Notes: generated by a model not told the origin, from the letters alone. A DNA stretch of 64,000 nucleotides from Planctomycetota bacterium (GCA_965248445.1 CBDFJG010000003.1:1600001-1664000); one strand, 5' to 3'; counted from the first letter of the stretch, positions 47,576 to 58,425 are shown. Translations and numbers: made by a program.

Positions 47576-50500
47576 TCACCGGCCGAGCAAGCGCGCGGCC
47601 TGGTTCTTCGAGTTCTGGAAGCGCGGCTGCCACTCACCGCTCGCGATCTGCTCGAGCAGCGGGCGCGCCAGGTCGTGGCGGCCGCGGCGACGGAGCAGTT
47701 GGGCGCGGGAGAACAGGATGTCGGCATTGGTCGGCTCGATGTCGAACGCGGTCTCGTAGGCTTTGTCCGCCATGACGTACTCGTTGGTCTGCGCCATGCG
47801 CTGCGCCAGGTTGGTCCAGGGCGCAGCCTCGTTCGGCTTCGCGTCCAGCGGCGTCGTCAGGTAGTCCCACGCGAGCTCGTCCTCGCCGAGCGATGCGAAG
47901 ATCGCCCCGGCCATGTTGCTTGCGCCGGTCGGGTCGTCGTCCAGCGAGCGCCAGCGGTCGGCAACCGTCACGATGCGCGTGCGCACTTCGTCGCCTACCG
48001 ATGCGTCCAGGACGCCGGCCGCGTTCGCGAGCTGCTGGAAGCGGGACATCAGCTGTTGGTACTGCTGCCGCACCTGCTGCAAGTCGATCACATCACCCAG
48101 CCGGCGGTACTCGATGTCGAGCGCCTTCTCGTGGTAGGCGAGGGCGCGCTTTCCGTCACCGGCCTGCTCGGCCAGCGTGGTCGCCAGCGTCCAGAGCGGG
48201 GCGATCTCCGCCGTGTCCTCACGGTCCAGAAGCGGCTCGAGCTCCTCGAGCGCGCGCTGCTGGTTTCCGGTCATCATCCAGTGCTCGACGATCGAGATGC
48301 CGAAGAGCAGTTCACGCCCCTCCGGCAGCTCCTTGCGGGCGTACTCGATCAGTTCGTCCGCCAGCGCGCGGTCGCCGATCTGCGAGCACTGCGTCGCCAG
48401 CAGGGGAACGACGGCGTGGCGCTCGCCTGCGACCATCCGCCGAGCCAGTCCGTGCCAGAGCTCCCGCCACTCGGGCTCGGCGCCGGAGAACGCGTTGCGC
48501 AGACGATGGTCCACGGGCGGGAGGTATCCCTGCTCCAGGACTTCGGCGTGCAGCTTCGCAAGGTCGCTGCGGGCTCGCTTCACGAGGTCCGGGTCGCCGG
48601 TCTGCTTGCGTAGGATGGCGGCTTCGTACCGGGAGCGGTAGCGGTCGATCCCGCGCTCCGCGAGTCCGTCGAGCGCATCCGCCAAACGCGCCCGCACATC
48701 CTGCGCACGGCCCCAGTTTTTGAGAACGAGCGCGAGGAAGTACGCGCGTTCGGGGTCCGCCTCGGACTCGATGAGATCCATGACCCTCGCGGTGGCGTGC
48801 GTCTGCTTCTCGGCGTCCTGCGTCGCTCGACCGGACGCGAAGTCCGCCGTCTCGTTGCGCAGACGGGCGAGCCCGGCCAGCCACTGGTCGTCGATCTCGT
48901 CGATGCTCGCAACGCGGCCCGCGTCACGCTGTGCGATCTCCTTGACGTACCAGGCCAGCGCGCTGTCGGGGTGCTCGCGCGTGGGATCGAGCGCCTGCTG
49001 GTCCGGCTTGGACTCGTCGTTGATGGAGTGCGGATTCCACTGCCAGCCTGAGGCGAGGAGGAGCGCGTAGACGCCCAGGCGCCGGTCGTCGTGCTGCACG
49101 AGCTGCTGCTGCAGGAACTGTGACTGCGACCCGAAGCCCCACTGAATCATCTGCGTCACGCCCATGGCGATCCGCTCGTCATCCGTGTAGTGCTTCTGCG
49201 GCTGACTGGCGGCCTTGTCTCCGCCCCGCGTCTTGACGGCCTCGTTCGACCGCTGCTGCAGGAAGTTCCATTCGCGGAACGGGAGCTCGATCACGACGAG
49301 GTCCTCGTCCAGGCACAGGTCGATCGGTGGGTTCCGGCCCGCGACGCGATGAGCGGCGATGTCCACGACGTGCTCGTCCTCGCCGGCCGTCTGCGTTACC
49401 CGAATTCCGTCATCCGTCGAGGTGTAGGCCTCGCTCGCGACGACCTCGCCCTTCTCGTTCTCGTACCGGCGCCCTTCGAAGGCACCGGACTCGCTGAACG
49501 AGAACACCGTCCGTCCGGAGCCGGAGTGCGGTACGACGTGCACAGTTCGGTCATCGACGTAGACCACGTCCGAACCACGAGCGAGTCGCTCGACCGTCGG
49601 GAGCGTCCAGGGCGCCACGTACGCGAGTTCTTCGCGCAGCGCGGACGCCGGGAGCCTGCGTGCCGCGAGACCGGTCGACGGATACGCGTGGATCACATGC
49701 TGCCCGTCGTGGACGACGATCTCCTGAAGACCGTCCGCGTACGTGCGCTCGATGCGGAAGTGGCCGCGGCCGTCGACAACGGCCTTCGTCGCGACACCGT
49801 CGTCCGAACGCAACAGCACTTGCGATCCGCTGGTACGCATCAGCTCGATGATGTCCCGCGCCTTGCGGTCGATCTTGCCCTGCCGCGGCGCGAGAGCCGG
49901 GAGTTCTTGCTCCACGATGTCCCAGACGTCGCTCCAGGAGACGGTCATCGCCGGCATGCGGCCCAGTAGGTCGGAGAAGTACGCCAGGTCCGTCATCGGA
50001 GACGCCTGCTGCAGGAACAGCCCCTGCTGCCACGTGCCGTGGTAGTAGCCCTGCAAACGGTGGCGGATGCGCGCGTCCGATGCGGCTGCCCGCGTCTCGG
50101 CGCTCCGAGTGCCCGCGAATGCCCCGCCCGTCGGTCCGCTCAACGGACGCGGTAGACGCTGCATGCGCATACCCCCGCCGAGGAAGCCGCTCCCGCGGAT
50201 GTTCTTGCCGGCGCTGCGGCGACCGTCGTCGAACCAACGCTCCGCGGACTGCTTGCCGTTCCACCGCTCCCGCTTGCGCCCGATGGGTCCATCGAACGGA
50301 GCGCTCGCCGTGAACCACGGCTCGCCGGGAGGCATGCCCATCGGCATCTCGAGATCCCGCCGCGCGAATTGGTCCGCGAACAGTCCCGACAACGCGTAGT
50401 TCACCTCACTCATCGGTGTCGTGGCGTTCAGGTTGAAGCCGGCACTGGATCTGAGTTGCACCTGGCCCCACGATCGCCGTCCCCACCGCCCCCCGAAGCG

Positions 50501-53335
50501 CCCGTTCTGCGCCTGGGACTCGCGGACGCCCTCCAGTCGGTCGAACACGTTCTCGGTCCGGGTGCGGAACTCTCCGTCACCGTCGGAGTCCGATAGCCAG
50601 CCCCCCTCGTCGAGTCCGTCGTTGAAAAAGGCGCCGCTCAGCCCGTACACGCCGTTCGAGAACGCCACCGTCGTGTCGTAGGCGTTCCTCGTGTAGCCCT
50701 GGCCGTACCAGTTGCTGCCGTCGTGCACCAGCCGAGTCGGCTGGCGCATCAAGACCGTGCGCATCACACGCTCGATGTCGGCGCGCGTGACCGTCCCGTC
50801 AGGCGTCTGCACGACGTCCTGCTGGCCGATGGGCTCGCGCACGACCTCGATGCGGTCGGGTGCGGGGTACATCGCCCAGTGGTCGCTGCGACCGCGATCC
50901 ACGTTGAACTGTTTGTACATCTCCTCGCTCTCGAGAACGAGCAGCGACGTGAGGGGCGACATGACGTACGACGACATGCTGAGCGCAACGATCTCCTTCT
51001 CGTGCTTAGCGGAGTCGTCCGCCACGAGCCGCTCGATCTCGAGACGCGCCCACTGGCGCGGCAGGTAGCCCGCGTCGGCCTGGGCGTTCGCCACCGGGAG
51101 CGTCTTGGCCCACGTCGATCCGTCGCGCACTCCCGAGATCGTCACCGTCTCGGGGAGCGCTCTACCCTTCGGGAGCCGTGCGATTGCCGCGACCTCTGCG
51201 CCGTCGCCGATCGCGTCGGCGAACGACAGGAACGTGAGCTTCTCCGCGTCGTCGACGACGGAGATACTCCGCAGCCCGGGCGCGGCCAGCGTCGCGGCCA
51301 GGTCGAAGGCCCGCCAGTTGATCGGCTCATCGGGCTGGATCTGCGTGACGTGTCCGCCCGTGCGCGCCGCAGCCGCCTTCATGAAGGTCCGCGACCAGCG
51401 CCGGCCGACGGCCACACCGACGTACTTCGCGCGGTCAGGAACCTGCTTCGCCAGCGTTCCGGGGTCCCGTTCGCCGAGCGTCGCTACGCCGCCGCCCAGG
51501 TGGACGATGTAGGGATTGGCGGCCGTCATCGCGAAGTCCGACGCAGCGGCCAGGGCCTTCTCGAGGTCAAGCGCGCCGATCAGGTGCGTTGAGTCCATGA
51601 ACTCGCGCGCAGCGGCGATGTTCTCGGCCGAGAGCGGCAGCAGTGCGTCGGACAGCGCACGAACGCGGGTCCCGGCGGTCAGCACCGTGAACGTATCCCC
51701 GGCCTCCGCATGGTCGAGCAGCGTGCCGACGACGTCCGCCTGCACTCGGGCGAGCAGCGGATCACGGCTGCCGGAGGACTCCACGACGAACACCCAGTCG
51801 CGGCGCTCTCGCCGCTGCGAGCCCGCGAGATGCGGACTGTGGCGCACCATCAGATAGCGGTGCCCATCGTGCTCGACGGTGTCGAACCGGGTCGCGTTGC
51901 GGGCCATGCGCGTGCGGCGCAGCCGCAGCACGACGTCGTCCTTCAGCAGGACGTCGTGCTTGGACTGTGCCACGCGCAGGTCGCCGCCCGCGGTCGTCGC
52001 GGCGAGCGCGTGCGAATCGCACTCCCATGCCGCCGTGGCTCCGCCCGCGACGGTCGCACCGAACGACCAGTCGCCGACGGCGTCGAGCGTGTGCCCGACG
52101 GGGAAGCGGTACTTCGTCTCGCCGTAGAGCGTCTCGAGACGCTGCGTGTAGGAGAGCACAATACGCTTCTCCTCGCGGGGCTCGAGCGGGAACACGCGCA
52201 TCTTGAACGTGCTTCCGTCCACCCATTCGAGGAGCGCAGGATCGCGGCGGCGGGTAACGATCTGCTCGTACACGTTCCGCGCGTGCCTGCGTTCGCTCAT
52301 CCCGCCTTCCATGCGGACGGCGCCCACGTACATCGCGAGACGTGAGAGCGAGGCGTCCGCAGGAAGCGGGAAGTAGAACGTGCCTTCGAGCCGCCACGTG
52401 GCGTGGTTGAAGTACGTCTGGTCAATCGTGGTCCGCGCGAAGCCATCCTCGATGTGAACGTCGACGCTGTACTTGCGGAGCGAGAGGCGTGCCTCCTGGC
52501 CCCACGGGTCGAACGCCACCAGCGCGCCGCCGCCGTAGTCGCTCTTGGGGACAAGCGGGGACTCGGCGGCGGCAACCAGTTCGCGGGTCCACTCGAGGAG
52601 GTGCGAGACACGCGGGGCGCGCTCGACCGTCTGCTCGCCGTCGCGGTCGGTGAAGCGCTCACCCGAGAAGACGGCATTGCGCAGGCCGCTCACGCCGACC
52701 TTGCCGTGCGTCACGACGAGGTCGGTGGCGGCGTCGGCGACCGTCACGCCGAATCGCGTTCCGAGAGCCGTGAAGCGCCGTTCCGGGGTCTTCACGACGA
52801 ACTTGCGGGACGCGTCCGGTCGCACCTCGAGGTAGACCTCGCCCGCACGGACGTCCACACCGCGCGCGCTCGTCACACGAACGTCCGAGCTGCCATTCAC
52901 GTAGAGAACCGAGCCGTCCGGCAGGACGATCCTGCGGCGCTCGTGCGCGCCGGTCTCGATGGCGTCACCGACCGCGACGCGCGTGCTCTCCGGGGCGTCC
53001 CCGCGCGGACGCGGGACCTGGCCGAAGCTGCCGCCGCGAGGCGCGAGGACTCCGGCCGGACCCCGGAACGGGTCGATGTCGACAGGGAGCTCGCCGTCCG
53101 TCCCGGCGACGAAGACCGCCGCCACGAGGCCCGCCGCCGCGGCCATCGCCGTGAGGCGCTGTACCGTCACGGAACGCGACGGGCGGCCGGTCGGGCGCGC
53201 TGAAGCGGCTTCCGCCAGCAAGAGGTCCTCGACCCGCGCGACGAAGTCCGGCGCCGGATCCTCCGGCCGGTAGCTGCGGCTGATGAGGCGCTCCACGTTG
53301 CGGTCGCCGTGCTGGTTCGTGTTGTCGTGCGTCAT
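47576..53335 (-). CDS. 1919-aa FecR-VIT-vWA-TPR multidomain protein, probable anti-sigma/sensor
   Basis: TM segment, then FecR-like IVLPDGSVLYVN...ALGTRFGV; VIT FARTTIDQTYFN...EGTFYFPLP...RRDPALLEW; vWA-like FVVESSGS; C-terminal TPR-like helices. Confidence 0.85.
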   Translation of the reverse strand: MTHDNTNQHGDRNVERLISRSYRPEDPAPDFVARVEDLLLAEAASARPTGRPSRSVTVQRLTAMAAAAGLVAAVFVAGTDGELPVDIDPFRGPAGVLAPRGGSFGQVPRPRGDAPESTRVAVGDAIETGAHERRRIVLPDGSVLYVNGSSDVRVTSARGVDVRAGEVYLEVRPDASRKFVVKTPERRFTALGTRFGVTVADAATDLVVTHGKVGVSGLRNAVFSGERFTDRDGEQTVERAPRVSHLLEWTRELVAAAESPLVPKSDYGGGALVAFDPWGQEARLSLRKYSVDVHIEDGFARTTIDQTYFNHATWRLEGTFYFPLPADASLSRLAMYVGAVRMEGGMSERRHARNVYEQIVTRRRDPALLEWVDGSTFKMRVFPLEPREEKRIVLSYTQRLETLYGETKYRFPVGHTLDAVGDWSFGATVAGGATAAWECDSHALAATTAGGDLRVAQSKHDVLLKDDVVLRLRRTRMARNATRFDTVEHDGHRYLMVRHSPHLAGSQRRERRDWVFVVESSGSRDPLLARVQADVVGTLLDHAEAGDTFTVLTAGTRVRALSDALLPLSAENIAAAREFMDSTHLIGALDLEKALAAASDFAMTAANPYIVHLGGGVATLGERDPGTLAKQVPDRAKYVGVAVGRRWSRTFMKAAAARTGGHVTQIQPDEPINWRAFDLAATLAAPGLRSISVVDDAEKLTFLSFADAIGDGAEVAAIARLPKGRALPETVTISGVRDGSTWAKTLPVANAQADAGYLPRQWARLEIERLVADDSAKHEKEIVALSMSSYVMSPLTSLLVLESEEMYKQFNVDRGRSDHWAMYPAPDRIEVVREPIGQQDVVQTPDGTVTRADIERVMRTVLMRQPTRLVHDGSNWYGQGYTRNAYDTTVAFSNGVYGLSGAFFNDGLDEGGWLSDSDGDGEFRTRTENVFDRLEGVRESQAQNGRFGGRWGRRSWGQVQLRSSAGFNLNATTPMSEVNYALSGLFADQFARRDLEMPMGMPPGEPWFTASAPFDGPIGRKRERWNGKQSAERWFDDGRRSAGKNIRGSGFLGGGMRMQRLPRPLSGPTGGAFAGTRSAETRAAASDARIRHRLQGYYHGTWQQGLFLQQASPMTDLAYFSDLLGRMPAMTVSWSDVWDIVEQELPALAPRQGKIDRKARDIIELMRTSGSQVLLRSDDGVATKAVVDGRGHFRIERTYADGLQEIVVHDGQHVIHAYPSTGLAARRLPASALREELAYVAPWTLPTVERLARGSDVVYVDDRTVHVVPHSGSGRTVFSFSESGAFEGRRYENEKGEVVASEAYTSTDDGIRVTQTAGEDEHVVDIAAHRVAGRNPPIDLCLDEDLVVIELPFREWNFLQQRSNEAVKTRGGDKAASQPQKHYTDDERIAMGVTQMIQWGFGSQSQFLQQQLVQHDDRRLGVYALLLASGWQWNPHSINDESKPDQQALDPTREHPDSALAWYVKEIAQRDAGRVASIDEIDDQWLAGLARLRNETADFASGRATQDAEKQTHATARVMDLIESEADPERAYFLALVLKNWGRAQDVRARLADALDGLAERGIDRYRSRYEAAILRKQTGDPDLVKRARSDLAKLHAEVLEQGYLPPVDHRLRNAFSGAEPEWRELWHGLARRMVAGERHAVVPLLATQCSQIGDRALADELIEYARKELPEGRELLFGISIVEHWMMTGNQQRALEELEPLLDREDTAEIAPLWTLATTLAEQAGDGKRALAYHEKALDIEYRRLGDVIDLQQVRQQYQQLMSRFQQLANAAGVLDASVGDEVRTRIVTVADRWRSLDDDPTGASNMAGAIFASLGEDELAWDYLTTPLDAKPNEAAPWTNLAQRMAQTNEYVMADKAYETAFDIEPTNADILFSRAQLLRRRGRHDLARPLLEQIASGEWQPRFQNSKNQAARLLGR

Positions 53336-53353
53336 GGATGTCCTCCCGCCGGA

Positions 53354-53965
53354 TCAGGTCGCGGCGTCGAATTGGAGGCCGTTCGCCAGGGTGGTGAACG
53401 TGGCGCGGAACGCGGCGCGGGCGCGGCCGAGCTGAGACTCGACCGCCTTCTCGGTCGCACCGAGCGCCGTCGCGATCTCCCGCACGCTGTGTCCGAGCAT
53501 GTACTTGGACTCGAGCGCCTCGCGGTAGTGCGGCGGCAGTTGCGCCATCGCGGCGTTGACCATCGTGCGCGTTTCCTCGCGCTCGAGCACGGCGTCGGGG
53601 AGCGACTCCGCATCGAGCTTGCTGTAGACGTCGAGAAGCTCGGCGTCCATGCGCTCCCACAACACGTCGAGCGACACCTGCCGCTGTGTGCGGGTGCGGT
53701 GTCGCTTGATCTCGTTGCGGGCGAGTCCGGTCAGCCATCCGAAGATGCGCCCGCCGCTGCGCACGGGCTCGAACTTCTCGAGCTGCCGCAGCGCCTTGAC
53801 GAGCGTCTCCTGGACGACCTCTTCGCACACGTCGTGGTCACGTCCCACGCGATAGAGACAGAACGCGTACACCGGACCGAGAGCCTCCTGGCTGAGGCGA
53901 CGGATCGCGTCGGGGTCACCCGCCTGCGCCCGTCTCTGCCAGCTCTCGTCAAAATCTGAGGTCAC
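53354..53965 (-). CDS. ECF (sigma-70 group 4) sigma factor
   Basis: CEEVVQETL, WLTGLARN (region 2); LPPHYREAL...SVREIA...AVESQLGRAR (region 4); AGGAG RBS before GTG 53965. Confidence 0.92.
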   Translation of the reverse strand: MTSDFDESWQRRAQAGDPDAIRRLSQEALGPVYAFCLYRVGRDHDVCEEVVQETLVKALRQLEKFEPVRSGGRIFGWLTGLARNEIKRHRTRTQRQVSLDVLWERMDAELLDVYSKLDAESLPDAVLEREETRTMVNAAMAQLPPHYREALESKYMLGHSVREIATALGATEKAVESQLGRARAAFRATFTTLANGLQFDAAT

Positions 53966-54098
53966 GTTCTGCTCCTGTGTCCGCCCAGCTTGCAAACGAC
54001 ATGCTGTGGCGGCCTCCAGGACTCTCTGTCCCGCCGGTCCGCCAATCCCTCGCGAAAACTCTGGATGCGAACGGAGTGGCGAGAGTTCCCGAGGGCGG

Positions 54099-56015
54099 TC
54101 ACTCGGCCGGCAGCGCGGCCAGGGCAGCGGAGGCTGCCTCCCGCACGGACTTGTCCTTGCTGGCCTCGAAGTCGGAGATGGCGGCGCGGGCCTCCGCAGC
54201 GTCGCCCCCTACGGCGGCCAGCGCCTCGATCAGCCGGCGCTGCACGACGTACTTGCGCTCCTTCGCCAGGCGGGCGACGAGCGCCGGCGCGGCGCGTTCC
54301 GCGACGGTGCCCCAGGCTGTGAGCGTCTTCGCAGCTTGTTCCCGCGCCGAGACATTCCTGTCGTCGACGCGGTCCGCAACGGTCGCCAGCAAGCCGGGAG
54401 TGGGAAACGCCGCCAGGACACGCACCAGGGTGATCCGGATCGCTTCCTCGTCGTGGATGCGCAGAGCGTGGAGGGTCTCGTGGGCCGCCCCACCCGGCGG
54501 GACGATGCGCACGAGTGCGACCCCTGCCGCAAGGCGCACCCATCCATCCCCATCGTCGAGCATTGCCATCAACGGCGCCTCTGCCGCTCGGGCCGACGGA
54601 CCAATTCCCCCGAGGGCCCCCGCAGCGTGATGATGCAACTTGCCACCGTTTCGGAGCATGTCGATCAGCCTCGGCACGCCGGCCGCGCCGGCCGCCCCGA
54701 GATTGCCCAGCCCGCCGATCGCGTGACGTCGAACGTGGAAGTCCGGATCATCGAGACCGGCGACGAGCGCGGCGACGACTGCCGGATCAGTCGATGCGAT
54801 CCGGCCCAGACCCATCATGGCCGAACGGCGGACGCCGATATTGTCGTCACGCGCCCTCCGCGCGATCGCCGGCGCCGCTGATCCGACGCCGCGGACGCCG
54901 AGTGCGTCAATGGACATCGCGCGCACCTCCGGGTCGTCGTGGTCCAGGTTCTCGCCGAGCGCGGCCAGCACGTCCTCCGAAGCGTCTGCGTCGTCGGCAT
55001 CGTAAGCCATCCACTTGGCCGCCGCCGCGCGTACGTCGTCGTCGTCCGCGCGCAGCGCCTGCGTCAGAGCCCAGGGGCCGATGCGCCCGAGCGCATCGAC
55101 CGCGGCCGGAGTCGTCGTCGGTGCCTCCGACGCTACGCGTAGGATCTCCGGCACCGCCGCACCGGCACCCGGCCCGATCCCGGCGAGCGCCGCGAGCGCC
55201 TGCCGGGCGAGATCGGCGTCGCTCTCTCCGAGAAGTCGCGTCATCGCGCCGACGGCGGGTTGCGCCTGCTCCCCCAGTCCCCGGAGTGCGTTCAACGCAA
55301 AGACCGCGTCATCGCCGCCCCGCGACATGTACTCGACCAGCCCCGGCACCACGAGGTCGACGTGCTCACGCATCTGCGCAACGGCCACGGCAGCAGCCGA
55401 TCGCACATCGGCGTCGTCATCCTGCAGGGCGCGGACAGCGGCCGCGGCGACTTCGCGCGTGTGCTCCTCGCCGTACCGCAACACGTGCAGACCAGCCGCG
55501 CGCACGAGAGGGTCCTCGTCACTCAAGGCGCGGAGCGCGTAGCGGAAGCTCGCAGGATCGAACTTCGAAAGGACGTGGGCCGCCGTATCCGCGTACTCGG
55601 CGTCGAGCAGATACCGGCCGAGCGCGTCGAGCACGAACTGCGGCGGGTCCTCGACCCGTCTGAGCGCGAACAGCGCGAGGAACGTGGCATCCCCGCCATC
55701 ATCGAGCGAGGCGACGAGCTCGCGCAGACCGGACTCTCCCAGCGTCGCCAGGCGCCAGGCCGCCGCCCTCCGTTCGGCGAGCAGCATGTCGTCGTTGCGA
55801 AGCCGGTCGCCCAGGACGACCTCCGGCGCCCTCTCGTCGCCCTTCTCGGTGTCTGCGCGCACTCGCTGCGAACGCGGCGCGCCGTCGACGGCGCTACCGT
55901 CCGCGGCCCCCGCGTCTGCCGGACCGTCTCGCAACACGCTCGGCGGCGCGCTATCTCCGCAGCCCCACGTCGCGAACGCGACGAGCACCCAAGCAGCTAG
56001 CGTTCCTGACCTCAT
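54099..56015 (-). CDS. HEAT-repeat putative lipoprotein
   Basis: Signal ending TWGC; many D-D-x-x-VR-x-AA-x-ALG repeats. Confidence 0.85.
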   Translation of the reverse strand: MRSGTLAAWVLVAFATWGCGDSAPPSVLRDGPADAGAADGSAVDGAPRSQRVRADTEKGDERAPEVVLGDRLRNDDMLLAERRAAAWRLATLGESGLRELVASLDDGGDATFLALFALRRVEDPPQFVLDALGRYLLDAEYADTAAHVLSKFDPASFRYALRALSDEDPLVRAAGLHVLRYGEEHTREVAAAAVRALQDDDADVRSAAAVAVAQMREHVDLVVPGLVEYMSRGGDDAVFALNALRGLGEQAQPAVGAMTRLLGESDADLARQALAALAGIGPGAGAAVPEILRVASEAPTTTPAAVDALGRIGPWALTQALRADDDDVRAAAAKWMAYDADDADASEDVLAALGENLDHDDPEVRAMSIDALGVRGVGSAAPAIARRARDDNIGVRRSAMMGLGRIASTDPAVVAALVAGLDDPDFHVRRHAIGGLGNLGAAGAAGVPRLIDMLRNGGKLHHHAAGALGGIGPSARAAEAPLMAMLDDGDGWVRLAAGVALVRIVPPGGAAHETLHALRIHDEEAIRITLVRVLAAFPTPGLLATVADRVDDRNVSAREQAAKTLTAWGTVAERAAPALVARLAKERKYVVQRRLIEALAAVGGDAAEARAAISDFEASKDKSVREAASAALAALPAE

Positions 56016-56059
56016 CCCCCTCCGATCCTACGCCGACGGGGGTCTGCTACGCTCTTGGC

Positions 56060-57370
56060 GTGGCGGGAAGATCTCTCACGGCACTCCTTCTCGGCCTCGT
56101 CATGGGCGGGGCCATCGGCGCTGGGATCACCGCAGCCGTCCTGGTCGCGGGTGGTGACGACCCGGTCGTCGACGTCGCCCCGGCATCCGAGTCTGTCGAT
56201 GTCGGGGACACCTCGGATCCGATGGAGCACCGCCGTGTGGCGCGCCGGATGGAGGCGCTCGAAGACGAGAACCGTGCGCTGCGCCGTCAACTGCGTGTGC
56301 GCGTGACGCCCCCTCCGAGCGGTGCCGTCGGAGCGAGCGGAACAGCCCCAGGCGGCCCGCCGAACGATCTGCAGAGGCAATTGCAGGCGGCGATGGCCCG
56401 CACGAACACGGCGAACGCCGCCGCTGCAGCGGAGGCCGTGAAGCCGGAGGAGCTGCTTGCCGCGATCCGCGACACATCACGAGACGCCGGCGCGCGACGA
56501 AGGGCGTTCCAGACACTCCTGAAGACTCACCCGCAGCTCGCCAAGGAGGTCGCCGCCGAGATGCTCGCCGCGGGCGAGACCGACGAGCAGTTGCGCCAGT
56601 ACTCGCTCTACGCGTTGCGCGTGGGCGCGGTCGAGGGTCAGAACGTGCATCCCTCCGTCCGCGCAATTGCGTTCGACGGTGGAGCAAGCCGGAAGGAGCG
56701 GTCGCTGGCGCTCTCCATCGTCGCGGTCAAGTCGCCGGACGAGGGGTTCCCGACTCTCGAGAGCCTCATCTCGTCGCCGGATCAGAACGAGCGCAAGCTC
56801 GGCATCGAGGCCGCGCTCAACGTGGACACGCCGCGCGTCGGAGAGCTGTTCGCGCGCAACATCAACCGAGACGCGCTCCGCCCGTACGTCAAGCCGATGG
56901 TCGACGTGATCGCCCGCCACAAGCACAAGCGGTGGAGTGTCCAGCAGATCGTCGGAGCTCCGGACCTGCCGGTCGGGGCGGACCTCGCCACGGCGTGGGC
57001 CAGCAAGAAGCCGGACATGGGCAAGGTCTGGGTCGAGCTGACGTTCCGCTCGGCGGTCGAGCTCGCGGAGCTGCGAGTCCACGAGACGTTCAACGCCGGG
57101 GCGATCATCGAGATTTCCGCGCACGACGAGGACCGCAACGAGTGGGTCATCCTGTGGACGGGCAACGGCGCCGCCGCCCAGACGCCGCGCTGGTTTGCAC
57201 CCCCGCTGTCCTCGACAGACTTCAAGACACGCAAGGTGAAACTGGTCCTCGACACAGACGCGGTGAAGGGCTGGAACGAGATCGACTCCGCCGAGCTGAT
57301 CGGCCAGGGCGGCCTTCGTCAGTGGGTCCAGTCCGCGCGGGCGAGCTCCGACTACACGACCGGCAAGTAG
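56060..57370 (+). CDS. Membrane-anchored protein with helical repeats and C-terminal jelly-roll-like domain
   Basis: N-terminal TM; WSVQQIVGAPD...TAWAS...WVELTF...VHETFNAGAI...WNEIDSAEL. Confidence 0.75.
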   Translation: MAGRSLTALLLGLVMGGAIGAGITAAVLVAGGDDPVVDVAPASESVDVGDTSDPMEHRRVARRMEALEDENRALRRQLRVRVTPPPSGAVGASGTAPGGPPNDLQRQLQAAMARTNTANAAAAAEAVKPEELLAAIRDTSRDAGARRRAFQTLLKTHPQLAKEVAAEMLAAGETDEQLRQYSLYALRVGAVEGQNVHPSVRAIAFDGGASRKERSLALSIVAVKSPDEGFPTLESLISSPDQNERKLGIEAALNVDTPRVGELFARNINRDALRPYVKPMVDVIARHKHKRWSVQQIVGAPDLPVGADLATAWASKKPDMGKVWVELTFRSAVELAELRVHETFNAGAIIEISAHDEDRNEWVILWTGNGAAAQTPRWFAPPLSSTDFKTRKVKLVLDTDAVKGWNEIDSAELIGQGGLRQWVQSARASSDYTTGK

Positions 57371-57377
57371 CCGTCCG

Positions 57378-58352
57378 TCACTCCGCTTCGATCACGAACT
57401 CCATGTGCGTCTCGCGCCGCATCACGGTGATGTTCTGATCGTCGCTGATGCGGAATACGCCCTCCCCGTCGAGCGAGAGCGTCGCGCGCTCCGGCACGAT
57501 GTCGGTCAGGCGCGCATCGACGCGGCCCGTGCCACTCGCCACGAGCCTGGTCAGCCGCGCGCTGGCGCTCTGGTCCATGCCGGGCATCGCGATCGGACCG
57601 GGGTTCGCCGCCTGCTGCACCACGACCTCCAGAACGACCCGCCGTGCGTCTCGGTGAATCAACTCGTAGGTGCGCGTCATCCGCACTTCGGCGCCACTCC
57701 GCACTTGCGGCGAGACGACCTCCCACCGTGCGCCGATGCCGACCGGTTCGGCGGGCACGGGCACGGAGATCACGTCCATTGACTGCTGGATGCTCTCCTC
57801 GACCCCGGGAGGCTTCGGCCCCAGGGCGCCGGGCGGCGCAGCCACGCTGGTGACGGTGCACAGGCCGCGCGCGTCGCGGACGAGCGTTCCGCTGATGCCG
57901 ACGCCCGCGCCGAGCATCCGCCGGAACGACTCGACTTGAGCGGGCGGCGCCTCGCCCTTGAAGATCGGTTCCGCCGCGGTGATCGCGAACGCGAGTTCGA
58001 GCGCGCCCGCTTCGTCGGTCTCGCCGGCGGTCACAGCCATCTCGAGCCGCGTTCCCACGAGCGGTGACGAGGTCTCCACCGGACGGCCGTCCACGGTCAG
58101 TGTGCCGGATGTTCGCGTCTCGATGCGGACGGTCTGCATCGATCCCGGAGCGACGTCGAACCGCAACGTCGCGCGGCTCTTGCCGCCTGGATCGAGAAGG
58201 CGAAGTTCTGTCTCGGCCGGGATCGCGACGACGACCTCCGCCTCCAGCGGTTGCACCGGGGTGAACGGACGCGGCGCAGTCTGCACCGGGGGATCGGCTT
58301 CGCCGCACGCGGCCAGCGCGAGAACGAGTCCGATTGCGGATCGCAACTTCAT
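57378..58352 (-). CDS. Hypothetical lipoprotein (DUF6263-like)
   Basis: LAAC lipobox; LLDPG...LRF; VPAEPVGIGARW. Confidence 0.7.
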   Translation of the reverse strand: MKLRSAIGLVLALAACGEADPPVQTAPRPFTPVQPLEAEVVVAIPAETELRLLDPGGKSRATLRFDVAPGSMQTVRIETRTSGTLTVDGRPVETSSPLVGTRLEMAVTAGETDEAGALELAFAITAAEPIFKGEAPPAQVESFRRMLGAGVGISGTLVRDARGLCTVTSVAAPPGALGPKPPGVEESIQQSMDVISVPVPAEPVGIGARWEVVSPQVRSGAEVRMTRTYELIHRDARRVVLEVVVQQAANPGPIAMPGMDQSASARLTRLVASGTGRVDARLTDIVPERATLSLDGEGVFRISDDQNITVMRRETHMEFVIEAE

Positions 58353-58425
58353 TGCGCCCAGGGTCGGGACCGGGTACCCGGAAGAAGTCATAGATTTCGA
58401 GCGCTGCCCCGGCAGGCTGGGCGCG

